Below are positions 26,201 to 38,200 of a DNA stretch of 64,000 bases, in pieces; the stretch's first letter is position 1, and each line of letters opens with the position of its first letter. The notes under the pieces were generated by a model. The model saw nothing but the letters and a program-made list of their open reading frames with translations. It was not told where the DNA came from and did no database searches. Origin of the DNA: Trichoplax adhaerens (taxonomy: Eukaryota > Animalia > Placozoa); NCBI RefSeq assembly GCF_000150275.1, contig NW_002060943.1, positions 1,028,731 through 1,092,730 on the forward strand, given 5' to 3'. Made by a program: the position numbers and the translations under genes.

Positions 26201-29200
26201 TCATAGGCAATGATACATGTCCTTACTTCCAAGGAAAACAAACTGGTGATGGAGCTCCTTGTCCAGCCGGTCATTACTGTCCACAAGGAAGTGATATGCC
26301 GATGCAATGCCCCGTTGGTACTTATGGACCTACAGCAGGTGCATCAAATTGTACTGCTTGTCCGCCAGGATATACTTGCGAAACTGCTGGTATAGCTACT
26401 CTAAGTCAAGCTTGTCCTAAAGGATATTATTGTTTAGCTGGATCGACAAACAAATATGCGACACCTTGCCCAGCTGGTACTTATAACGATGTAGATGGTA
26501 TAACACACGAATCAGCTTGTAAGAACTGCACACCTGGTATGTACTGCTCCGGTAGTGGACTAACTCAGCCATCTGCTTATTGCTACGGTGGTTACTACTG
26601 TGCTAGTGGATCAAAGACACCAACACCATCCGGTGAAGGAGGTAATAAATGTGTTGCAGGTGAAATTTGCATCGAAGGATCTACTGGACCTCAAAAATGC
26701 CCAGGTGGTTATTATTGCGCAACTGAGAGACTCAATGCTACTACTGGTCAATGCGATCCCGGCTACTTCTGTAGTCTTGGAGCAACCTTATCCAATCCAA
26801 CCGATGCAACTGGAGGCCAGTGTCCAGTTGGACATTACTGTGAAGCTGGCAGTACCAGCCCCAAATCTTGTCCACCAGGAACTTTCTCGTCAGAGGTCGG
26901 CAACACCAACATATCAGCTTGCTATCAATGTCCAGCTACGAAATATTGTGCAGGATCAGCTAATGCCAATTATACTGGACTATGTGGTGCAGGATACTTC
27001 TGTACCGGCGGAGAAACAGAAATGCAGCCAATTAGTAATATTTGCTGGCAAGGCCATTATTGTCCTACTGGCAGTTATCAACCATCAAAATGTCCACCAG
27101 GTACTTACCAAGACGAATTAGGAAAATCATCATGCAAAGATTGTCCTGCAGGATATTTCTGTGACAGTTCTGGTTCAGCTGTTGTTAGTTTTAATAATTC
27201 CGCTTGTCCATCAGGATATTACTGTCCATCTAAAACACAAACAGCAAATCAATTTCCATGCCCAGCTGGAACTTATAATAATATAACGGGAAGATCAAGT
27301 CAATCAGGTTGTGCTTCATGTCCTAGTGGTTATTATTGTAGCTCAGAACATCTTAGCGAGCCGACAGGATTGTGCGATGCAGGCTATTATTGCTCCGGTG
27401 CATCAAACACTTCGAAGCCTACTGGTGGTAGCGAAGGCGATGTATGTCCGCCAGGACATTATTGCGAACAAGGTAGCACGCAACCTACTGCTTGTCCAGC
27501 GGGAACATTTAACCCTTCAAATCAAGCGACTAGTGTAAACGATTGCTTAAACTGTACTGGAGGTTACTATTGTGATACTAAAGGATCAGTAAGTGGTACA
27601 GCGAAGCCATGTCAACAAGGATATTATTGCGATAGTGGTGCTACATCAGCAACATTCAAAAACTGTCCGGCTGGCTCTTATTGTCCAGCCAATACTCAAA
27701 CACCTGTGCCATGTCCGACAGGAACTTGGTCAGATGTAACCAATCTTGCATCAGCTTCCGCTTGTAAAAACTGTACAGCAGGATATTACTGTCCAGCTAG
27801 TGGCCAAACTAGTGCAACATTAGAATGCTTTGGTGGGTATTATTGCCCAGCTGGAAGTAACGTTCCACAACCAGCAGGCTATAAATGTCCAACAGGTATG
27901 TACTGTCCAAATGGTAGCTCCGTACCACAATCATGCAAAGCAGGCTATTACACCGATTTCCCTGGTGCTTCAGAGTGCCTCATGTGTCCTGCCGGTTCAT
28001 ATTGCTTACCAGTTACATCACCAGATAATATCACATTGTCTAAAGTAAATTGTCCGGAAGGATATTACTGCCCTGCAGGAACTGGATATAATATCCGCTC
28101 TTGTCCATCTGGTACTTATAGTAATCAATTCAACTTAACTGATCATACGGGGTGTATAGCTTGTCCGGGTGGTAGTTACTGTTTAAATCCCGCACAAACA
28201 ACAACAACTGGCTTATGTAGCGCAGGATATTATTGCCAGTCTGGAGTTAATCGGCCCGATCCTAGCTACAACAGTTCGATCATGATTGCAACTGTCACCC
28301 CAAATCTATCGGTCAATGTAAGCTTTACTTGCCCTCAACAGAGCTTAGGAACTGGAATTGGAGGTATTTGTCCTATTGGACATTATTGCCAACAAGGTTC
28401 AGTTAATCCGACGCCTTGCCCTGCTGGAACATATAACAATAAAGTAGGCCAATCATCATGCTTTACATGTCCCAGTGGTTATTATTGTCCTGATAATGCT
28501 ACAGTCCACTATGTAGACAAACCCTGCCCAACAGGTCATTGGTGTGGCAACGGTACAATCAATCAATATGAAAATCCTTGTCCTCTTGGCACATATAACG
28601 ATCAAAATGGAAAATCAGTAATAACTGATTGTTTGCAATGCCCACCAGGAAAATATTGTGGATCAACTGGTCTTAGTACATGGTCAGGAATATGTGCAGC
28701 AGGATGGTATTGTGAACTTAGTGCGATCACAAATATGACAACAACTCGTGGAGGCCAATGTCAAGCTGGATATTACTGCCCAGCTGGGTCATCTGCTCCA
28801 ATTGCTTGTCTCTCAGGAATGTATTGTCCAACAAATGGACTTGACAGCCCATATGCACAATGTCAAGCAGGTTTCTATTGTATAAATGCTTCAACTACTG
28901 CAGCTCCAACCGATGGTATCACGGGTAATCGTTGTCCAACCGGTCATTATTGTCCTAAAGGAAGTTCATGGCCTATTAAATGTCCTGCTAGTAGTTACAA
29001 TCCAACCGTTGAAAATTATAATCAGTCTGCATGTCTAAGATGTTTACCGGGTAGAGCTTGTACTCAATCAGGTTTATCGGCTCCTGACAAAAATTGTAGC
29101 GCTGGATTCTACTGTCCTGGAAATCAGAGTACTGCAACACCTTTCGATTATGTTTGTCCGAAAGGTAACTACTGTCCAGAAGGTGCTTATGGTCCAATTC

Positions 29201-32200
29201 GATGTAAAGCAGGAGAATATCAAGATACAACAGGATCTGCAACCTGCAAAAGCTGCCCTAAAGGATACTTCTGTAATAGTTCTAGTGAAATTACAGTGCT
29301 TACTGATGCTTTGCTCTGTCCGGCAGGTTATTACTGCCCAGAAGGAACGACACGCGAAAATGAATATCCATGTCCTATTGGAACATTCAGTGACAAATCT
29401 GGAGTGATAAATAGTAGTAGTTGCAATCCTTGTACACCTGGCTATTATTGTGCTGAACTAGCACGTACTTTACCCAATGGACTATGTGATGCTGGATATT
29501 TCTGTAAGCAAAACGCAAAATCAGCTACGCCTATCCAAGGAAGTGATGCTAATGTCTGTCCTGTAGGAAAATATTGTCCAACTGGATCTGCTGAGCCAAT
29601 TAATTGCCCATTAGGAACATTTAACGCTCTTACTGGATTAACAAGCGACTCAGAATGTAGCTTATGTACCAATGGTTCTTACTGCTCTGTACCTGGGCTA
29701 ACTGGACCAAACGGCCAGTGCTCACCAGGATATTACTGCGATGCAGGTTCCAATAGTAGTACTGCTAATATTTGTCCAAAAGGATACTATTGTCCATTGG
29801 CTACAGTCAATCCAATCCCATGCCCAGTGGGTTATTTCTCTAATGTCGAAGGATTAAAACATTCGGGCGAATGCACTGTTTGTACTGCTGGTATGTACTG
29901 CGCTACTTTAGGAGCAACTGAACCAACAGGTTATTGCGATCCGGGATATTATTGTCCACCAAATACACCTAACAGTAATAGTCAACCAGCCGCTTATAAA
30001 TGCCCAGCAGCTAATTATTGTCCAGCTAATAGCTCTCAACCTATAATGTGTAAACCAGGAACATACACGAACGTAAGCCAAGCTAGTGTTTGTACAAACT
30101 GTCCAAGTGGATACTACTGTCTAAATGGTGCCATAGTCGGAGCCTGTCCTGAAGGCTTTTATTGTCCAGAAGGAACTAGTTCAGAATTTAAGTCATGCCC
30201 ACGCGGAACGTATAGTGAAGTAAAAGGCCTTACAAGTATCAATGAATGCAAGCAATGCAGCAAAGGCATGTACTGTAGTGAATTGAACGCTACAGCAGTA
30301 ACTGGTCCATGTAGTACTGGCTATTATTGCGTAAGTGGAGCCGATCGTCCAAATCCAGTCAATTCTACAGGTTCCTGCAATGGATCGCAAGTAGGAGTTG
30401 GAGATGCTTGCCCTTTGGGCTATTACTGTCCAAGCGGAAGTGATTTCCCCATTGCATGTGGCGCAGGTACATTTGCAAATGTCTCCGGGTTAGGTAGCTG
30501 TTATACTTGTCCGGCTGGATACTACTGTGAAGTAGCCTCTAGAACTTACACCAATTCAAGATGTCCACCAGGTTATGCCTGTCCGGCTGGAACTAAATCT
30601 GCATATGAAAATGCGTGTCCACCCGGCAAACTTAATAATGTATCTGGAGCACTATCATTAACTGATTGTCAACCTTGTCCTAGCGGTAAATACTGTGGAT
30701 GGAGTGGTCTATCAGCTCCAACTGGCGACTGTAGTCGTGGCTGGACTTGTACAGGTGGTAGTGCAACACCAAAACCAAATACTACCAGTGAAGGAGGCTA
30801 TGTCTGTCCGATGGGCTATTTCTGCTTAGAAGGTGGCACAACACCACAGGCATGCACTGCTGGCAAATATTGTAATAGTCAAGGTATATTTGAACCCACT
30901 GGAAATTGTACTGCAGGCTATTATTGTCCTCAAGGTGCAACTAGCCCTACTCAAATCCAATGTCCAGCAGGATATTACTGTCTTGAGGGTAGCGCAACAC
31001 CAAATGAATGTCCTGAAGGTACTTATAGGAATTCAGCTCGAGGAGTATCAATAAATGATTGCTTTCCTTGTACTCCTGGCGATTATTGTAACGGTACAGC
31101 TAGAACAGTTACTGCTGGTAAGTGTGATCAAGGTTATTACTGCCCAAGCGGCCAATCTATACCAAATCCATCTCAGTATCAATGTCCGGAGGGATACTAT
31201 TGCTCTATTGGTACTGCAACACCACAAAATTGTCCTAGAGGTCAATATCAACCACAGAAAGGTCAATCTGCTTGTGTAACATGTCCAGCCGGTTATACTT
31301 GCGATACTAGTTTAGCTCCAATTGATAACTTAGCTAACGCCTCATGTATCACCGGATATTACTGTCCAATGGGAACAAAATTTGCAACGGAATATCCTTG
31401 CCCAATTGGCACCTTCAATAACCGTACTGGTATAACTTCAATTAATAATTGTTCTACTTGCTTAGCTGGATATTACTGTGGTAGCAGTGGATTATCAGTA
31501 CCGACGGGCAAATGCAATCCAGGATATATCTGTCCAACAGGAATGCAATCCCCATCACCAGCTGGAACTGAATGTCCACTAGGAAAGTATTGTGTTGCTG
31601 GATCAACTATAGGTTCTGATTGTCCTGACGGTACTTATACACCTCACAATGGTAGTAAATCCATAACTGATTGTGAATCATGCCCAGCTGGAAAGTATTG
31701 CAAGAGTGCAATAACTGCTAATGGTGGAGCTGAAGATTGTGATGAAGGTTATGTTTGTATTAGCCGTGCTACAATACCAAATCCAAGAGATAATACAACT
31801 GGTTACGTTTGCCCAGTTGGCAATTACTGTCCGAAAGGATCTAAAGTAGAACTTCCTTGCAACGCCGGAACTTACGCACCAATAGCCGGTCAGGCAACTT
31901 GCTGGGCATGTCCTGCAAGTCAAACTTGCTCTAAAAAAGGAATGTTCATCCCAGAGGCTTGTCCAGCAGGTTCTTATTGTCCAAATGGAACAAGCAATGC
32001 CACCGGTGTATTCTGCCCTCCAGGAACTTATTCTAGTGGTGTAAATCTAACAAGTGAATCAGAATGTTTGAGTTGTCCAATAGGTAAATATTGCAATCTA
32101 GCCGGACAAGTTAATTATACAGGAGATTGTGCAGCTGGCTATTTATGTGGAGGCGGCGCAGTTTCACCAACCCCAACGATGACATCAGGAACTAACCGAT

Positions 32201-35200
32201 TATGCCCAATTGGTAAATATTGCTTACAAGGAAGTATCGCGCCAATTGATTGCCCACCAGGATCCATTCGCCCTGTAGTAGGTGCATCAAGTACGGCCGA
32301 TTGTTGGCCTTGTCCTGCTGGTCGTTACTGTGCCAGTGCAGGTGCCATAGCTGCAACTGGAACTTGCTCAGAAGGCTACTACTGCCCTGCAGAAGCTGTC
32401 ATTCAAGTACCAACACCTAGTGCTTATATTTGTCCACGCGGATTCTACTGCGGTAATGGTACTATTACGCCAGCTGGGTGCGCACCAGGTACATATCAGC
32501 CTCTGCAAGGTAAAACAAGTTGCGATCCATGCCCTATCGGAAATTATTGTCCCTCAAATTCATCATCGCCTATCTCTTGTGCAGCCCATTCATATTGTCC
32601 GGTAGGCTCAGGTCAGCCGACATTCTGTCCAAATGGAACTTATACAACGTCAGATGTTCGAGGATTAACAAACCCCTCTCAATGTATACCATGTATTAAT
32701 GGATCTTTCTGTCAATTTGGAAAGATAATTGGCTTCTGTAATCCAGGTTATTGGTGTAAGACTGGCTCGCCAACACCTACACCCGATAGTAGCTATCCAG
32801 TTACCATTGGACAGAAATGCCCAGTTGGTAGTTATTGTCCAGCAGGAACTACACTTCCAATCAAGTGTAACGACGGTTTAGTAATCGATAAAGAAGGAGC
32901 AGTCAGTGCGGAAGATTGTACAACATGTCCAGCTGGTTATGAGTGTGACGATAAAGGAAACTTATTCTTATGCACACCTGGTTATTATTGCCCATATAAT
33001 ATAACAAAACAGCCGTGCCCAATTAGGACATTTTCACCTGATGCTGGAGCTAAAAGCATGACGACTTGCAGATCTTGTGATCCTGGATATCTTTGTACGG
33101 ATCTGGCCATGACCAACAGTACAATTTATCCATGTCCTCTCGGTCATTTTTGCATCGAAGGTTCCAATAAACCTGAACCATGTCCACCTGGCAGTTACCA
33201 AGACACTGGCTATGGTAAAAGTAAAGCTGATTGTCAACTATGTGATTCTGGCTACTATTGCCCATATGTAAATGGAACAGTATCAGGCATACGATGTTTG
33301 AATGGTACTCTTTGTCCTCGTGGTAGCTCTGGCCCAATTGTTTGTCCAGCAGGTTTCTATTGCCCGTTGGCTGAAGGTCAAATCCCATGTCCACCCGGAT
33401 TTTATTGTCCTACTGGTTCACCAGATCCCATTCCATGTCCACCTGGCTATTGGTGTGGTAATGGAACAATAGAATATGACAATAAAACTGTAAATGTTGG
33501 ATCTATCGTACCAATATTATGTCCATTAGGTTATAAGGATTCAGGTTTAACACCAAGAGATGCATTTAATAGAACTTGCTCTATTTGTCCAGCTGGAAGT
33601 TATGGTAATCCAAATCGTCTAACATGTGAAGATTGTCCAGCAGGTGTCGTTTGTTTAAAAGGCGCAACTTCAGGTAACCCTGGCGCTTTAGTAACACGCA
33701 CAGTTACTACCACTAATTCATATATATGTCCAAGAGGTCATTATTGCCCAATAAGAAGTTCAACACCTCTAGTATGCAAAGCAGGTTCTTATAATAACCA
33801 GACTGCAATGAAAAATGAAGCAGATTGTATCCCATGTGCAGTTGATCACTTCCAGAGCAATCCTGGACAAACTGCCTGCTTCCCATGTGGCACAGTTGCT
33901 AGGCAACCAACTACGGGTATGCCAACGTGTACTTGTAGCGGAGCAAATAAGGAATTTCAAGCTAGCGATAGGAGTTGTATATGTCAAGAAGGCTACACCG
34001 AATTACAAGGCTCCTGTGTTCGAAACGTATATGATTTCTGTGAGCCAGCAGTACAGTATCGGTCCGAAGATGGTGTTTGTCGCAATATGGATGAATGGAT
34101 TGCATTCTGCACACAAAAATGTGGTGTTACCGAATATAAAGGCGTTGTCCAATCGATGGGAACTTGTCAATGTCAGGTAGAAGATCTGGAGCAACTATGT
34201 GATACAACATGCCGAACATCGAGTAAAGCTAGTCTTCAATACGCTTGTACCAATCCTCCAACTTTACAAGTAGGTAGTGGTACATCCGGATCTCAAGAGA
34301 CAGTTAATACCAACTCTTTACCTAACGTTATCAACAGCAATGAATGGAATAATAATTGTCAAGCCAAGGATGGAACAGAAGTAAAACCAGTTTATACTGT
34401 TCAGATGCAATTAAGTGGATTTACTGGAGTCTATCAGCCAAATACTGCCGCAATTTCAAACTTACTCAATGCATCTGTCGCTCAATCTTCTACTGCTAGG
34501 AGATTGTTAGCTGTCAGCGCTAATGTGATTGCAGGTAGCTCTAGAACGATTAGAAATCCTATAGTTTGTTTACAACTTGGCGAATCACTATTATTTATTG
34601 TCTCCAATGAGTCGTATCCAGAATATGATCGCACCAATTTATTGAATAGTAACGCTGCATTCGATTATGGTGGATTCCGCGATTTAAGAGACAAAAAATT
34701 ACTGACAACAACCAATTCATCACTCTTTGCTTATCAATTTAATACTCCAGGAAGATATGTTTTCAAAGCAAGCAACAACGCTGAGCGTAAAATGTATGTT
34801 AGTGTTATGGACCAAGGTGCTGAATGTAGCGATGTTGGACCATTCTTCCCTAATACAGAGAGAATATTAGTGCAGAACGGATTCTCAATATCATCGGGAC
34901 TTTTACTACGTCCTGATTGGATTATGATTTTCACAATGTTAGGTGTTACACTTGGATTAATGTTTTTGTTGGCTGTTTTATTACTGGTCTTCAGAAAGCA
35001 CGGTTGGGCAAAACAAATGTTTGACCATCCACGATATCGAGCTATTACTCTGAAGTATAACTTTGATGATTACTCATCTAAAGGATCAACTGTTCATCCT
35101 GTTAAAAAGTATCACCGTAATCTAGAAGCTTCAGAATTGGAAGGTGCTATCCCTGAAGAAGAAATACCACCAGCTCCAGTAGTTATGGAGGAAGACGATA

Positions 35201-38200
35201 TTGTTGCAGAAGTTAAAGGAGACGAATTCTGGGATTACGATAAACAAGTTGATCTGGAAGGATTCAGCACTAATACATTGTACGAGTATTTATCTCGTCA
35301 ATCACGTGAATTGACAGCTGCAATTGGAAAACAAAAAGATGAAGCTAAATCGTTATACCAAAAAGTTCGAGCTCAAGCTGAATCATTGAAAGGTTTATGG
35401 GTAGCTAAATTGAATCTAAAAGGTAAATCTGCTTTAGCAACTGAAGATGATATGCGCAAGTATGACGCGAAAAAGAATGAACTTGAGGATGAACTAGAAC
35501 GTCGTCGAGAGCTAGGTATACGATTTAAAGGTGTTTTGGAACGACAGAATGAATTATTTGAAGACGATTTAAGAGAACGCGAGCAGCATGAAATCTCATT
35601 TGAAGCATCTTTCAGAGAAATTAATCGTTTACTCAATGATCTAATCGATAACAGAACTAGTGGATCAGATGATAATCAATACGATGAACAGCTGCAACAC
35701 AAAGTAGGAAGTCGCGTTGAGGAAATCTATGCACGATTGAAAAATGTTCATGAGAAAGAATGTGAACGCCGAGGTGTATGGTCATTAATAGATCAAGGAA
35801 CTGGAGCACTTCTTGTTTCACCAGAAACTAACGAAACACTTCCGCGTGATTACTTATTTGGTGTAGATGGAACTGTACGTGCACCAGATTTAATCATGCA
35901 GGATCCGACTACTGGCTTAATTATGGCAAACGAGGGAACACAAATGCAATTATTTGATGGTGGAATTGTACCAGTACCAAAGAACTTCTTCATACATCCA
36001 CAAACTGGTCGTGCTCTACCAATTGAAGGAAATGTTGCTTACGATCCGATATCATCTCGTCTAATCTATACAGCAGATAATTCCTCGGGTGATGCGTCGG
36101 CACTGACGGAACAATTAATTCCATATGTCCCATATCCAATTGATCCATCAACTAATGAACCAGTCGATACTAAATTGCATACACTCGAACGTAGAAGTGA
36201 TATGGTGTATCGGCTCTATGCCTGATCCAAATACTGGACTGCCAGTACCAATTGTTGGTATTACTATTCATCCGACAACAGAAACAGTCTATCCAGTTGC
36301 TGGATCGCAAATTGATCCAGTTACAAGATTACCTATTCCAATCGAGATTGGTTCTATGATGATTGATAATTCATCGAAGAAACCGGTAGCAATATTAGGT
36401 CTTCGAATTGATGATATAACTGGAGAAGTGAAACCATTAGGAGGAACTATACCCGGAGCAAGTGAAGATATTCCATTAGTACCAGGCGACAAATACATCG
36501 AACCATTATCAGGTCTAACGGTCAAAGTAACCGGTGCTAAATTATCACAGCAGACAGGAAGTGTATTGCCAAGTGGCGGTGGCTATCAATCATTACTAGA
36601 TTCAAGTGAGTTAGCATGCGAACGAAAGTTGTTAGATTGTTTGCAAAGCCTTAAAGAAGTCCTTTTAGTCAAACCCTCCGATACAGATAGTGATATACCA
36701 AATGGACACCACGAAAGGAGTATGCTAGAGACAGCCGTAAAAGAACTTCATCGTATCACTGAAAAGAATAATGGCCATTTACTACGCGCTGGTCATGATT
36801 TAACAAGACGATTAGAAAGATCAACTGCCTTAGCTCAGAATGGAGGTAGCCCTGGACATTATGAACACACAACCACCGGACAATTATTGCCCTTGCTTGT
36901 CGGTACAACTATGGTGTTGCTAGACGCAGTTTCTGGAGACGCCAACGTCAAAAGGAAAATGATATTACAGCTACAGAATTTCTGTTATGCTCGCAATTAA
37001 TTGATTCAAAAGCGAATATCGGAATTAGTAAAGTCGAGGATACGCTAGAAGATATACAAACAGCAGTAGAATCATTAACTGATGCTGCAAAACGAGAGGT
37101 ACAAAGACGCGGAGATGCGGCTCAGGATTGGACTTATCTGCCACCAGAAGTTGTTGCTATCTTAACGCAAGAAGATAGTATTGAACGTGATAGAGAAGAA
37201 TATCATCACAATTCACATGACAAATTTGCTGATACCGTGAACCGATTCTTTAAGAAAATGCAAGAAGAAGAGAGCAAATATAAAGAAAGAATGGCAGAAT
37301 TAAAAGGTGCTATGAATCCGGACGCCGAAGCGACTGTCACTCAACGCTTTAAACAAGTACAGTATAGATTACAGATTGAACTACAAGAGCAGCTATTAAT
37401 GAGATCACACCAATTGGATGAAAATATAGCTGCATTGGAATATACTCGTGCAAAGGCTGATTTATGCGCCGCCGAAGCGAAAACTTTACTGTCAGGAGCA
37501 TGCATTTTAGCTGGTGATTATGACGCAAGCATCTCGGGTGCATATGGCGACAACGTTAGCTCACCATCGTCTAACAGAGAAATAATACCGTTACTTGAAC
37601 ATCTCATTAAATTAATTGAAGAGAATGGAATTAAGCAGTATGTAACAACTAATAATATTGTCTCTGATGGTATGCAACAAATACCGCAGTCACAAGGTGG
37701 AACACTAACTATACAAAATATGCATGCTGCATCACCAATAACAGGATTCTCTCCAGCTGGCCAGAACGTCACATTAAATACTACCCTATTACCGATAATA
37801 GGACAACCAACAGGCCAACAGCAAGTAGGCACTATATCAACTGTTCCTGCTTATAATCAACAGACAAATGTCGCGGCAGTTTCTCACAGCGGTGCTGCAA
37901 TTGGTGCTACAGTAGTTAAAGGCAATGGAGTTGTAGGCTTAAGTAGTATCTCAGCAGTCAGTCAAGCTGCACCTAGTAATTTAAATAAGAAAGAAACGAA
38001 GCAAAAACTACACGAGAAACATCTTCAAGAAAGCGCTGAGCTTGAAGAAAATTTACGTGCTAATGAAATATTCGTTATTAATCAAGTTCTTAGCGAATGT
38101 AACAAGAAGAAAGAGGAAGCTATCGCTAAAATTAAGGAAGAATTGCGTGATGCACTTAAGAGTGCTTCAACAGATGAAGAGCGTCAACAGATCATTGAGG

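Noticed and set aside
18535-36225. Bacterial or viral insertion as explanation for the 17.7-kb uninterrupted ORF
   Set aside because: It is joined in phase by GT-AG introns to upstream signal-peptide and Cys-repeat exons, and the domain type is eukaryotic.
36200-36930. Programmed ribosomal frameshifting at the two frame switches
   Set aside because: No X XXY YYZ slippery site or evident stimulatory structure; indels or assembly errors are simpler.
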